Positions 8,828 through 18,808 of a stretch of 64,000 nucleotides of DNA are shown here, in pieces; the stretch's first letter is position 1, and the number at the start of each line of letters is the position of its first letter. This DNA is from a virus (lineage: Duplodnaviria > Caudoviricetes): the IMG/VR virus record IMGVR_UViG_3300021399_000132, positions 25,746-89,745 of that record, one strand, 5' to 3'. The translations under genes were made by a program, and so were the position numbers. A model generated the notes under the pieces. That model was not told the origin of the DNA, made no database searches, and worked only from the letters and a program-made list of their open reading frames with translations.

Positions 8828-9847
8828 TCATTTGATGTATCCGATGAACTTCCCGTCCTTGTCGAATGTGACAGGGACGTTATGCAAACCGGTGAACATT
8901 TCACCGTTTTTGCCAAGGAAATACCATTCGTTGTTATATTTAAGCCATCTGCTTGCAGCCATGGTGCCATCCTTCATAAGGTAGTACCATGTGCCATTCG
9001 ATTTGAGCCACCCGGTTTTCATACGGCAGTTTTCATCGAAGTAATACCACTTGTCGCCGATCTGTTTCCATCCAGTTACCGCCGCACCATCAGTGCCGAG
9101 ATAGTATTTTCCATCTTCGAGCGTGAGCCAGCCTGTCTGCATGTATCCTTCGGCGTTGAAGTGATACCATTTGCCGTCGATCTTTGACCATCTATCAGCC
9201 GGGTATGAGCCGTCCACATTCTTGTACCACCAGCCTTTGGCGTCTTTCTGCCAGCCGCCGGAAAGGTACGGATTATAGATAAATCCGATAAAAGTCTGTC
9301 CAAGAATGTTATACGGCGGTTTGTGTTTTGTCAGGAAGAAACGAGTTCCCCCATAATTTGATTGTGATACGGTGATTGTGCCGTCAACGGCAACATCCTC
9401 AACCGTGCCAACATGTCCGCATCCGTCTAAGCCATTCCAAAGATTACCTGACTTCCACACAATGGTCGCTCCGATCTTCGGAGTGTTCCCCGTGTTGAGT
9501 CCGTTCTTCTTTGCAACGGCAAGCCAGTCTTCTGCGTTGCATGTGGGCAGCTTTGCATTTGCTGTTGCGCCGCCGATCTCAAGAGCCCTGCCGTATACGT
9601 ACCCAACGCAGTTGGGAAGGCATGAGTTACCAGAAATCAAGATGCAGCGATTGTAACCGCCCTTGCCATACTTAAGGTAGTAGGGGTTGGTTGTTGATGG
9701 GGCTGTCAGTCTGGCTGTGTATCCAATAGCCCCGATGCCTTCTGGCTTCTCCTCGTCTTCCTCTGGATAGATAATTTCAATACCATCCTCCTTCAGAGAC
9801 TGTTCGAAGTCATCGTAAGTAATTGTCTGAAGTTCCTGCTCAGGCAT
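8828..9847 (-). CDS. endolysin, CHAP domain plus cell-wall-binding repeats
   Basis: NCVGY (Cys), GHVGTVE (His); GW...WYY repeats; acidic N-terminal extension. Confidence 0.9.
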   Translation of the reverse strand: MPEQELQTITYDDFEQSLKEDGIEIIYPEEDEEKPEGIGAIGYTARLTAPSTTNPYYLKYGKGGYNRCILISGNSCLPNCVGYVYGRALEIGGATANAKLPTCNAEDWLAVAKKNGLNTGNTPKIGATIVWKSGNLWNGLDGCGHVGTVEDVAVDGTITVSQSNYGGTRFFLTKHKPPYNILGQTFIGFIYNPYLSGGWQKDAKGWWYKNVDGSYPADRWSKIDGKWYHFNAEGYMQTGWLTLEDGKYYLGTDGAAVTGWKQIGDKWYYFDENCRMKTGWLKSNGTWYYLMKDGTMAASRWLKYNNEWYFLGKNGEMFTGLHNVPVTFDKDGKFIGYIK

Positions 9848-9937
9848 AGTTAAATCTCCTTGTTAATACGAATTTGGAGTGTAACTCAAAACAAGTTACA
9901 ACCCAAAATAAAGTTAAATCCTCGAATGTGATAAAAA

Positions 9938-9962
9938 TTAAAAAGGCCGCTGCGAGAGCGGC
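9938..9962 (-). terminator. intrinsic terminator (- strand)
   Basis: GCCGCT...AGCGGC stem followed by a T-rich tail on the - strand. Confidence 0.65.
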
Positions 9963-10103
9963 TCGTAATTGGGACACAGCGAAACTTGTTATCTCCCGCG
10001 CTATGACGTGGCACAGAAGGGGAGACGGCGGTTTGCTGTGGTGCCTGAAGACATCATACGATCTTCATGTCATCCATGAATTTGAGTTGTATAAAGACAG
10101 ATA

Positions 10104-10127
10104 GGGGCGCTTAATGCGCCCCGTTTT
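10104..10127 (+). terminator. intrinsic terminator with T-run on the + strand
   Basis: GGGGCGC-TTAAT-GCGCCCC-GTTTT. Confidence 0.65.
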
Positions 10128-10169
10128 ATGATTAACCCGTAAATGCAGATTGTGATTTAAAGTTTCCTT

Positions 10170-10382
10170 TTATTTAGAAGCATACTTCATCATATTTATC
10201 ATTCTGGTTTTTGCAGGCTTCGGTAACTCCATCCATGCATACGGCTTCTTTGCATATTTTCCATGCATTTTCCAAAGTCCATGTCCGAGATAGTTGCCAG
10301 TGCAGATGTAACCACCTTGGTAACAGCAGAGATATTTGCCCTTTTCTTCAGGCTTTGCATCCTCTAAGTAAGTCCATTCCAT
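10170..10382 (-). CDS. DUF551-like small protein
   Basis: MEW......KP...YL.......G......W......AWMELPKP pattern. Confidence 0.65.
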   Translation of the reverse strand: MEWTYLEDAKPEEKGKYLCCYQGGYICTGNYLGHGLWKMHGKYAKKPYAWMELPKPAKTRMINMMKYASK

Positions 10383-10446
10383 TGTGATTTTCTCCCTTCT
10401 CTAAATGTAATATAGCCGATTTCGAGAAGGGTTTAAAGGATGACAT

Positions 10447-10587
10447 TTAAACTTCAATTCTTCTGAAGTCTTTTCGTGCTTTACGTTTCCAGAATCGCCA
10501 TGCTTTGCGATTGTTCTTTACCCAACATGCATGCTGTCTCCCGAAGTGATCTTCAAAAGTCAGCTTTTTATGGATATTGCTTTTCAT
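10447..10587 (-). CDS. 46-aa basic peptide (not in ORF track)
   Basis: Translated by hand: MKSNIHKKLTFEDHFGRQHACWVKNNRKAWRFWKRKARKDFRRIEV. Confidence 0.5.
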   Translation of the reverse strand: MKSNIHKKLTFEDHFGRQHACWVKNNRKAWRFWKRKARKDFRRIEV

Positions 10588-10592
10588 GCCCT

Positions 10593-11666
10593 TTAACTGC
10601 TTGTGACGGTCACTTTACAGAGAGCAGTATATCCGTGCTTGGAAATTGCCTGTACAAATGTTGTACCTGCGCTAACTCCAATTAACATGCCACCGTTGCA
10701 TGTCACAATGTCATCGTTATGAGAAAGCCAACGAACTGTCATGTCTGAAGGGTTAGAAGGTGTAAATGTCGGTGTGCCAAGCCACTTTCTTTCGCCAACT
10801 GCCAGTGTTTCCGTTGCTTTGATACTGATCGCCGTTTCTACTACCTTTTCAGTAACACCGACAGGAGCATAAACTCTCACCCATGCCACTTGTGTTTCGG
10901 CAATATCCCATTGCGGTGCACCTGCTGTTGCAGACACACAATTTAAAATAATGAAATGCGGATGCATAAACGGATTATAACCATTCACAGTCGCTCCTGG
11001 TAATCTGAAGCTGGTTTTGCGAACACCATCGACATAGAAACCAATTGACTCTTCTGTCCATTCGCAAGCATAAATGTGCCAATCTGACGGTGTTGAGGTA
11101 ATATCGGCAATATTCCCACCTGTCGAATAGTTTGTGGTTGCATCGAGTCCGTCACTGCTCCAGTGAGTCCGACATCCTACCGTACCGTTATGAAACTCTG
11201 CAATATCAATTTCTCCACAAGAAGGGAACAGAACGCCTTTCGTTTCGTCATACGCAACTCCGTCACCATTTGAAAGACGCTCAAAATTTGCTCCAAGTGT
11301 CCAAAAAGTAGAATGATGAACTGCTTCACTTGTAAATTTAATCTTTGCTTCAAGTCTGCCGTATTTAAATTCAAACAGATTGCTTGTACTCAGATACGCA
11401 GATGACCACGGTTTGTTATTGTTGCCTTTTCTGTAGTCTTTAATCGCTCTATACTGCAAACCGTGATTTGAATTTGCAACAAGGTCTAAATCCTCAGCAT
11501 AATCAACAGAGCCGATGTTATTCCACTTTGTTATATCAATCTCAGGCTTATTAAATTCATCGTGCCAAATCAGAAGTCTGTCTGTCAGTAAATCCTCAAG
11601 ACCCTCTGTTGATTCGCCACCACCAGTTACTAATGGATTCCCATCAATATCATATACAATGCTCAT
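10593..11666 (-). CDS. GH16 glycoside hydrolase with C-terminal Ig-like domain
   Basis: WHDEF, KYGRLEAKIK, catalytic EIDIAE (ExDxxE), WHIYACEW. Confidence 0.85.
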   Translation of the reverse strand: MSIVYDIDGNPLVTGGGESTEGLEDLLTDRLLIWHDEFNKPEIDITKWNNIGSVDYAEDLDLVANSNHGLQYRAIKDYRKGNNNKPWSSAYLSTSNLFEFKYGRLEAKIKFTSEAVHHSTFWTLGANFERLSNGDGVAYDETKGVLFPSCGEIDIAEFHNGTVGCRTHWSSDGLDATTNYSTGGNIADITSTPSDWHIYACEWTEESIGFYVDGVRKTSFRLPGATVNGYNPFMHPHFIILNCVSATAGAPQWDIAETQVAWVRVYAPVGVTEKVVETAISIKATETLAVGERKWLGTPTFTPSNPSDMTVRWLSHNDDIVTCNGGMLIGVSAGTTFVQAISKHGYTALCKVTVTSS

Positions 11667-11674
11667 ATCTTACC

Positions 11675-13030
11675 TCACTGTTCATATCTGAGTTTCATGG
11701 ATTTATGAAGTGTTGACCCACCGTTCAGCTGATAGATTTTTGTCTGAGCCGATGTCGTTGACGCAATTCCGAATGTAGTAATGAGTGAACCGTCAAGATA
11801 AAGAGTTGCGGTATCGGATGTATCATCGACTTCCAACCTAACTGTATATTCTGTTTCTGTTGCGATAGAAACATCAGCAAAATGCCATCCTTTTGTAGCC
11901 GTGTCTTTGCCTTCATAATAACCAAGACCGCCCGAATTCACCGCAACGTTAATGCCTTTCCCATTGTTAACAAACAACACATAATACCCACATCCCTTCG
12001 GAGTTGAAGGAAGGGTTGCTAATGTTTGTGGGCTGAACACTGATTCAAAAATCAGCCGTTTACAAGGAACAGGTTCGTTTGTGACTCCATAAGAAATGTT
12101 TCCCGTGCTTCCAGTGTTTGCAAGAAGTAAACCATCTTCTCTAAGTGTTTTTGCTGAAGCGTTGGTTGACAATAAAGTGAATCCGTTGTTTTCAGGTAAC
12201 CCATCTGTATATGACCAGTTGATATCCCACTGCTCATAATGGGTTACTGTAACATCGAATGTCGCGGATTTTCCACCATATGTAACTGTAATCGTACTCG
12301 TTCCTTCAGTAAGCGTTCCACTCAGTACATACGCAGAAACAACTTCGCTTGATTCATCGTCATAATATGCCGTAACAACAAGATTCTCCTTTAACGAATC
12401 GAGGGAATCAGTATCATACACAGTACCACCCTGTGTATACACAGCCGTAATTCTCGTCAAATTTGCGGGTGGGAATAAAGCACTTCTGAAGTTTTCGACA
12501 TATGTCCGTCCGTTTCCGTCAGTCCATGCACCGATATGTTCAACTACTGCCATCAGCGTTGTTTTAATTTCTTCCGAAAGTCCGCTTTTAGAGCTTATTT
12601 GGCTCTTTAACTCTGAAAGTTCTGTATCAAATTCTGTTTTTGTAACAATCTCCAACTCGCTAGTAGTAGGGGAGACCAACATCTGCGTGTGGCTGTCCTG
12701 TACTTCTGAACCTACGTAAACGATGTTATTAATTGCGTCGCCAGTTGCTTTTGAATCGGCTGCGGCTCCGCTAACAGCCAGCGTTGTATCGGTTTCGATA
12801 CCTGAGCTCTGGTAAATACCACCACTCACCCAAGAGGTACCGTCATAGTAGTACCAGTTACCTGCTGTGTAACCTGTCTCAGAGCCAGTGTATACATAAA
12901 TCTTGGATGTATCTGTCATACCGGCGGCAGTTGAAGCAACAGCAGGTGAACTGCCGGAACCTCTTCTGGCGACCGTATCCTTAATGTCATATAAAGTGCC
13001 TCTAACTCTGATTTGTGACACTTCTGCCAT
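11675..13030 (-). CDS. tail fibre/spike-like protein with Ig-like domain
   Basis: DTTLAVSGAAADSKATG anchor motif, ITAVY...LVVTAYY Ig-like repeat, beta-rich C-terminus. Confidence 0.7.
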   Translation of the reverse strand: MAEVSQIRVRGTLYDIKDTVARRGSGSSPAVASTAAGMTDTSKIYVYTGSETGYTAGNWYYYDGTSWVSGGIYQSSGIETDTTLAVSGAAADSKATGDAINNIVYVGSEVQDSHTQMLVSPTTSELEIVTKTEFDTELSELKSQISSKSGLSEEIKTTLMAVVEHIGAWTDGNGRTYVENFRSALFPPANLTRITAVYTQGGTVYDTDSLDSLKENLVVTAYYDDESSEVVSAYVLSGTLTEGTSTITVTYGGKSATFDVTVTHYEQWDINWSYTDGLPENNGFTLLSTNASAKTLREDGLLLANTGSTGNISYGVTNEPVPCKRLIFESVFSPQTLATLPSTPKGCGYYVLFVNNGKGINVAVNSGGLGYYEGKDTATKGWHFADVSIATETEYTVRLEVDDTSDTATLYLDGSLITTFGIASTTSAQTKIYQLNGGSTLHKSMKLRYEQ

Positions 13031-13046
13031 AGTCGTACCTCCTTAT

Positions 13047-14390
13047 TCAAGACCTATGCACATATGCATAGGACGTATTAAAAACTGACGCCAGGTCTGT
13101 CTGCTCGACCCAAGCGCCGTTAACTTTCTTATATACTTTGTCAACGGCAGTCCACGCACCATTGACTTTTAAATACATTTTTTCCTGTGCCCCAACTGTG
13201 ACAACGATTGCCGCATCGCCGCTTACCGTGTACGTATAGGTATAATGGTCTATAGTGCCGGTACCAGTTGAATACGCGATTGTTACCGTAATACCAAGAA
13301 CCAATCCACCATAATAGCCGACCGTGTGTCGGATGGCTAAATTGTCGAGCTGTGACCTTGTAACCGTTCCAGTCGGTTCTACTGTAATCGTGGTGTTACT
13401 GGTTGACGGAAAGTCGACATCTTCACTGATAGCGGTACCGTTGACCACAATAGCTACGCTCGAAATGTGAGTTGAATCAATCGTTGCGTTTTCTCTATGC
13501 CCATAACATTTAACTGACATTTCTTCGATGACCGCATTACTTGGGATTGAGCTGAAATTAAATGTATAATCCGCATACCCAGTATCAGAAGCATACATAT
13601 TAGATGATGTGCCGGAAGTTGACGGATCTTCAGCGCTATTCCCAACCGCATACTCTGCATAACTGGAACCGCTCTGTATATCGGTTAATGTTACATCGGC
13701 AGGGACGAAACTTACTGTTTGACCTGGTGCGTGAACAACTAACTCCGCAGTCACATCGACTCCGTCTTTGGTGATAGTAACTTCTTCCGTTACATCATCA
13801 GGAGTAATGGTTAACTCATATGTTTCGCCCTCATATGTCTGATAAGCGCCGCTTGGTGTAATTGTTCCATTTCCAACGAGTGTTGATGTGATCGTTGCAG
13901 GATTCGGAACGGTATAATTAACTTCGATCTCGGCGCCGTAAATATACACGTACCCAGTAGTATTTCTTGACGCTCTTCGGCAGTTAATACGAATGCCGAA
14001 ATCACTTCCATAGCCAACGATTGTTTCCCAGTCAGCTGACAAACCATCAAATTCAAGCACATGAGCAGTAGTGGTGATTGGATCGCATGTTCCATTAATA
14101 GCGGATGTTCCGTTTGCCAAATATGGTTTGTACGACGTTGATGTACTAACACCACTTTCACTTGCTTTCAGCTTGACCGTAAATGAACTGACTACCGCTG
14201 CACTCGGGATAGCGTCGAAATTAAACCCGCGCAAATAGATATAGTAAGAGGTAGTGTTTGTTCTTGAGTTTGTTACAGTAGCATAGGTTGTACTGTCTGT
14301 ATTTGCATACATGTTGTCTTCACTGGAAACGGATAGATACGATGTGCTACTAAGATAATAATCACTTGGAACTAATCTTGCTGTCGGCAT
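13047..14390 (-). CDS. putative virion fibre/adhesin protein
   Basis: Ser/Thr-rich beta protein with two related domains and a YLKVNGAW C-terminal motif. Confidence 0.6.
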   Translation of the reverse strand: MPTARLVPSDYYLSSTSYLSVSSEDNMYANTDSTTYATVTNSRTNTTSYYIYLRGFNFDAIPSAAVVSSFTVKLKASESGVSTSTSYKPYLANGTSAINGTCDPITTTAHVLEFDGLSADWETIVGYGSDFGIRINCRRASRNTTGYVYIYGAEIEVNYTVPNPATITSTLVGNGTITPSGAYQTYEGETYELTITPDDVTEEVTITKDGVDVTAELVVHAPGQTVSFVPADVTLTDIQSGSSYAEYAVGNSAEDPSTSGTSSNMYASDTGYADYTFNFSSIPSNAVIEEMSVKCYGHRENATIDSTHISSVAIVVNGTAISEDVDFPSTSNTTITVEPTGTVTRSQLDNLAIRHTVGYYGGLVLGITVTIAYSTGTGTIDHYTYTYTVSGDAAIVVTVGAQEKMYLKVNGAWTAVDKVYKKVNGAWVEQTDLASVFNTSYAYVHRS

Positions 14391-15649
14391 TAGCTACTCA
14401 CCTTTAGGTACAAGTCCCCATTACTTCCCGTGGCAGAAGATGGGTCGCTCGTGCCAGTATAACAATTATGAATCTCCAAAGAACCGGTGACCTTCGCCCC
14501 GTTAACATATGCGGTCTCACCTGAGACAATATCTCCTGAGGTAGCCGTTGCATCTGTGGTAGTAATATACTGAGCTGGTATAGCCGCGACTGTGACAGCG
14601 CCCGTTGTATATCTTCCAGCGGCTACTGCTGTCTGAGAAGACTTTGTTGGTGTAATCGTAGTTGCCGCTTGCGTTGTTAACTGCTGTGTCTTTGAGCCAC
14701 TGACAGTTATTGCACCAGCGGTGCCAGCGGACACATATCCTGCGCTGACTGTTGGTGTGACGTTCTGCGTTGCACTTGCAGCTGCGGTAATCAATCCAGC
14801 AGAGCTGACCGTGATTGACGGATTTGCTGTGATGGTTGTGGCTGGAGTAGTTGCCGATCCCGAGGAAACAGCCTTGCTTGCCTGTTCTGAATAATAACCA
14901 GCAGGAACTGTAACCGTAGCACCAGATGCAGTTAAGTCACTTGACGATCTACTTGTAATGTCAGAACCTACATAAGTTGAGCTAATCGCCCCGACAGTAA
15001 CAGAACTTAACCCATTATGACTTGAATCTGGCACAACGACCTGTTCACTTTCAGACGGAGTAACGGTCTTTTCCTGTAGATTTGGAATAACGTATTCACT
15101 TGGAATCGGATTGACCACTACGTTACCTGTCATATATTTTCCAGACACAGAGACTGTCTGGGACGAGGCTGAAGGTGTTACCGTTGATCCGGCATCGGTT
15201 GTTAGTTGGAGAGTCTTATTTGTTGTGCCCGCAGCCACGTAACCCGCAGCCTGTGTGTGGCTGGCTGTAACAAGCCCCGTTGTACTATTAAGACTAACTG
15301 TTGGGTCTGCATGCGTAGCTGTTGCTACAGATTTTGAAGCTGCGACTTCATAATAACCGGCCGGAGCTGTGACAGATGCGCCGGAGACAGTAAGATTAGT
15401 AGAAGAGCGTCTAGCGACCGTAGAACCCACATAGTCCGAGTCAATAGCACCTACGCTTACAGACGAAAGACCGTCATAGCCGGAGTCAGGCACAATGGTC
15501 TGAGCCGATTCCGTCGGGTTCACAGATTTTGTTTGAAGGACTGTCTCGGCGCCACGAATATACGTCAAAACTTCATCATTTGGAGTTGACGCTTTAATGC
15601 CTGTGACATTCATATATGTCTTTCCAAATATTTTTAATGTATCAGTCAT
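14390..15649 (-). CDS. repeat-rich tail fibre protein
   Basis: Internal duplication LQ.K.V.P.ES.Q..VPDS...GLSSV.VGAI...PAGYY; G.NGDLYLKV end. Confidence 0.65.
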   Translation of the reverse strand: MTDTLKIFGKTYMNVTGIKASTPNDEVLTYIRGAETVLQTKSVNPTESAQTIVPDSGYDGLSSVSVGAIDSDYVGSTVARRSSTNLTVSGASVTAPAGYYEVAASKSVATATHADPTVSLNSTTGLVTASHTQAAGYVAAGTTNKTLQLTTDAGSTVTPSASSQTVSVSGKYMTGNVVVNPIPSEYVIPNLQEKTVTPSESEQVVVPDSSHNGLSSVTVGAISSTYVGSDITSRSSSDLTASGATVTVPAGYYSEQASKAVSSGSATTPATTITANPSITVSSAGLITAAASATQNVTPTVSAGYVSAGTAGAITVSGSKTQQLTTQAATTITPTKSSQTAVAAGRYTTGAVTVAAIPAQYITTTDATATSGDIVSGETAYVNGAKVTGSLEIHNCYTGTSDPSSATGSNGDLYLKVSS

Positions 15650-16443
15650 GAATCAAACCCCACATACATTCTTGCACCCGCGATAACAGTATTCATACAC
15701 GAGTTCCCGGATGAACCAAGATACAAACCGGCACCGGAATAATATGAATGCTGTGTTGTCGGTTTATACCAAAATTCATTATCTATATACCAATAGTCAC
15801 CGTCTGGCCTTATTTCCAGCTTAAGCGTTTTCCCGTTAAGTACCGTTTGCGAACTTACCGATGTATCCGTTGCCCAACCGCTGGAGCCAACGGCGCTTGA
15901 CGTGTAATACGACCACCTGCTATTCGACCTATATATAAGGCCTGAATCGGTGGAGAACATAATAAACCGATGATGAACACCGCCATTAGCCCTTGCAAAT
16001 GACACAATATCAAATTCATATGTTCTATATAATACTCGTCTCATTCCAGTAAAATACATATACTGATTAGCCGCAGAAATGGTGACCCCGTTTTCATCTT
16101 GAACAGCATCGTTATAAAGAATGGCGGTTTTGCCCGAGACTGTATCAGTTAAACTTTGCGTAAAATCCCAGTTTAATACGAGCTGTTTTTCGTCCGGTTT
16201 AATATAACCATTTTCGTCAATCGTGTAACCAGAGGTGCCAGTGCCACCCGACTCCTCGCTACCTAGTACAATGTACCCGTTAGCGTCTTGGTAAATGCCA
16301 CCTGTTCCGCCACCCTCAATACTATCAACGGCAGTTTTCATCTCATCGATTGTGAGGGGAAGGGTTGCGCCGGATTTAGCCGCTATCGAATTGGCCAAGG
16401 CGTCAAGTTTTGATGTTGTAACGATAACTTTCGATGCTGTCAT
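15646..16443 (-). CDS. putative fibre protein with lectin-like C-terminal domain
   Basis: LDALANSIAAKSG N-terminus, aromatic beta-rich C-terminus; in the fibre cluster. Confidence 0.55.
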   Translation of the reverse strand: MTASKVIVTTSKLDALANSIAAKSGATLPLTIDEMKTAVDSIEGGGTGGIYQDANGYIVLGSEESGGTGTSGYTIDENGYIKPDEKQLVLNWDFTQSLTDTVSGKTAILYNDAVQDENGVTISAANQYMYFTGMRRVLYRTYEFDIVSFARANGGVHHRFIMFSTDSGLIYRSNSRWSYYTSSAVGSSGWATDTSVSSQTVLNGKTLKLEIRPDGDYWYIDNEFWYKPTTQHSYYSGAGLYLGSSGNSCMNTVIAGARMYVGFDS

Positions 16444-16787
16444 GCCGAGCTACCCCCATATGAAGCCGTATCGCCATTGCCGTATTGTGCCAGCGCAGTA
16501 TCGATCATTGATTGCACCGTCGCCGATGTAATCGCGCTGATCACACCATCGGTGATGGTGATTCCAGAACCAATCTTTACGCCCCCAAGGGTGGATGCGG
16601 AAGCGGTAGGGAGGACATAGCTTCCACCACCTCCGCCACCTTCGTCTTCTCCAGGTGTGACCTCAGAATCAATAACAAGAACCTCACCCTCAGTCGCGAC
16701 CCCCAATCCCTCTTTGGAGTCTGCATACTGTTTAAGCCTTGCAACAATTTCTCCAGCTCCAGCGAGATTTAGATATTTGTCTGCCAT
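16440..16787 (-). CDS. small fibre-associated protein
   Basis: MADKYLNLAG start resembling the next gene; LPTASASTLGGVKIG motif. Confidence 0.6.
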   Translation of the reverse strand: MADKYLNLAGAGEIVARLKQYADSKEGLGVATEGEVLVIDSEVTPGEDEGGGGGGSYVLPTASASTLGGVKIGSGITITDGVISAITSATVQSMIDTALAQYGNGDTASYGGSSA

Positions 16788-16809
16788 CCTAGAGCCTCCT
16801 TATTATTCT

Positions 16810-17976
16810 TTATGCAAATAATGCATCAATTTCAGATGTTGTGATTGCGACCATATCTGTTTTGAGCATATATCCAGAAAGGTCAATATCTGTGTTGCCG
16901 ATCTTTTCAAAAGAAGATCCTACCCAGATATACTCGTCGTAAACATCACCAGTTCCGTGGCTGTGGGATACGAGATAAATAACTCCATTTTCACCAGAAG
17001 CCGGGAGTGACGCAACGACCCTGTAACTAATTGAAGTTACACCCGCGATAGCGTTAGCAACCGCAGTACTGACAAATTCCGTTGTAGCAATCTGAGTACT
17101 ATTTGTTCCAACTGCGGCCGTCGGCGCTTTCGGTGTTCCTGTGAATGTAGGCGAAGCCAATGGGGCTTTCGCTGCAAGGGCTGTATTGATTACCTTATTC
17201 TGCACAGGATTCGCGCTCGAGTCACTGAGCGCACTATCAACAGTTGTCTTCGTGGCTCCGGCCTCAATGCCATTCAGTTTAGTCAGTAATGTGTCTGTCA
17301 GATTGTTATCTGTGTGTACATATGACGCATCTGTGACATAGTCGGCGTCATTTGTCAAATCAGATAATGCAGTCGGGACTGTAATATTTACAGCTTTGCC
17401 TGTAACAGTCTGAGCGGTGTTATTAACCTTGATTGATTCAATAACGTTAACCTGAGCACCTTCAGCAATGCCGGAAAGCTTTGTCTCAGCTGTGCCAACG
17501 CGTGTTTCCAGGGCGGTAAGATCACTTGCCGCAGCCCTGGATGTGTCTGTCGGGTGGACATGATCGCCTCGTGCGAATCCATTATCTGTACCACGTGCTG
17601 CTGTGCCGTCCATTTTCGGTGTAACACTAGAAGCCGCGGCTCCTTCGGGGACATCCGCGCTTGTAATATAGCCGGTGTCATTTGTAAGCTGTGATACTGC
17701 GGTAGGAACCGAAACATCTACCGCTTTACTCGTAACAGAAAGGGCGGTGCCATTTACTTTTACGCTCTCAATTACGTTGACCTGAGCGCCGGAAGCAATG
17801 TTGCTAAGTTTGTTCTTCTCGGTCGTTGTGTAGTCATTGGTCGATAAGCCTTTACCAGTTTCTTTGTCGACCTTATCAGCCAAAGCTGTATTAACATCGG
17901 ACTTCTTGGCGAACAAACCCAGTAATTTTTCGGTGTAGTAACTAAGACCAGTTAAATTTAAAAAACTGTCAGCCAT
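16810..17976 (-). CDS. head/tail fibre protein with repeats
   Basis: Start reassigned to ATG 17976; GAQVNVIES.KVN repeat x2; SPTFTGTPKAPT...TQIATT motif. Confidence 0.7.
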   Translation of the reverse strand: MADSFLNLTGLSYYTEKLLGLFAKKSDVNTALADKVDKETGKGLSTNDYTTTEKNKLSNIASGAQVNVIESVKVNGTALSVTSKAVDVSVPTAVSQLTNDTGYITSADVPEGAAASSVTPKMDGTAARGTDNGFARGDHVHPTDTSRAAASDLTALETRVGTAETKLSGIAEGAQVNVIESIKVNNTAQTVTGKAVNITVPTALSDLTNDADYVTDASYVHTDNNLTDTLLTKLNGIEAGATKTTVDSALSDSSANPVQNKVINTALAAKAPLASPTFTGTPKAPTAAVGTNSTQIATTEFVSTAVANAIAGVTSISYRVVASLPASGENGVIYLVSHSHGTGDVYDEYIWVGSSFEKIGNTDIDLSGYMLKTDMVAITTSEIDALFA

Positions 17977-17992
17977 GTTATTATCCTCCTGT

Positions 17993-18253
17993 TTAACCGA
18001 ACAGCAATTCATCAATGTCTTGATATGTAATTGCGTTCATTTCGTGCTGAACATGAAGCTCAGCCGAAAGCTTGTTTCCCTTTAAAGTCACGCTGTTGAT
18101 TTGAGGAAGCGTATCCTCTTTTAATTTGTTGTAATCATTATTGGAGACTGTATTAACCGCCATTGAGAGTGAACCGGACAACGTATTACCTAACGATAAT
18201 GTCCCGCTAAGCTCTCCAGCGGATGACAAAGTTCCATTAAGTTCATGGGGCAT
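17993..18253 (-). CDS. hypothetical structural protein
   Basis: L.GTL repeats; coupled to neighbours. Confidence 0.55.
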   Translation of the reverse strand: MPHELNGTLSSAGELSGTLSLGNTLSGSLSMAVNTVSNNDYNKLKEDTLPQINSVTLKGNKLSAELHVQHEMNAITYQDIDELLFG

Positions 18254-18588
18254 CAGTCAACCTCCTCGGTGATTCTGAACGTTCCATTTGCAATGAACGT
18301 ATCGATGTCGCCATTAATATGTGTTAACTGAATATCGTATACATATTCGCCCGGCTGTTTAAGTCCTTTTGTATCTTCTGGATTGATCTCCAAAAGTCTG
18401 GTGTCGAGCGGAATATCTTTTTGAATTTTGATTTCGTTTGAATTATAGTTTTGCTTCATAGCAAATCTAACGCTGTCGCCTTCAATAGGCTCATACGCCG
18501 TGCCGTCTGGATTGAATATATCGACAGTCGCTTTAAATGTGTCACCACGCGTAAGCGTGATTGTCTTTCCGCTAATACGTGCTGTCAT
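18253..18588 (-). CDS. BppU N-terminal-like baseplate protein
   Basis: ITLTRGDT, DT..L....YVYDIQL motifs. Confidence 0.65.
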   Translation of the reverse strand: MTARISGKTITLTRGDTFKATVDIFNPDGTAYEPIEGDSVRFAMKQNYNSNEIKIQKDIPLDTRLLEINPEDTKGLKQPGEYVYDIQLTHINGDIDTFIANGTFRITEEVD

Positions 18589-18797
18589 AATTCAAGCACC
18601 TCACCGGCAACAGTAGGGGACGTCGCCACATCCGCCCACTCGGCGCCATCATCCGTCTTGGTCAGAACCTGACCGGTAAGACCCTGATTATCTGGAAGAA
18701 TTTCATTGGCAGATTCAATTCCTTCTTCCATGTTGTTCAGCCTTTCGGCTGTGATTGCGGTCGTATTATCGACCCAAGATGTCTTTTTATATGCCAT
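18585..18797 (-). CDS. small baseplate/fibre protein
   Basis: W....T.ITAERLNNMEEGI motif. Confidence 0.6.
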   Translation of the reverse strand: MAYKKTSWVDNTTAITAERLNNMEEGIESANEILPDNQGLTGQVLTKTDDGAEWADVATSPTVAGEVLEL

Positions 18798-18808
18798 GCT
18801 ATTCCTCC

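Noticed and set aside
9874-10104. + strand 76-aa ORF
   Set aside because: TTG start without RBS and overlaps two terminators; better explained as structured RNA
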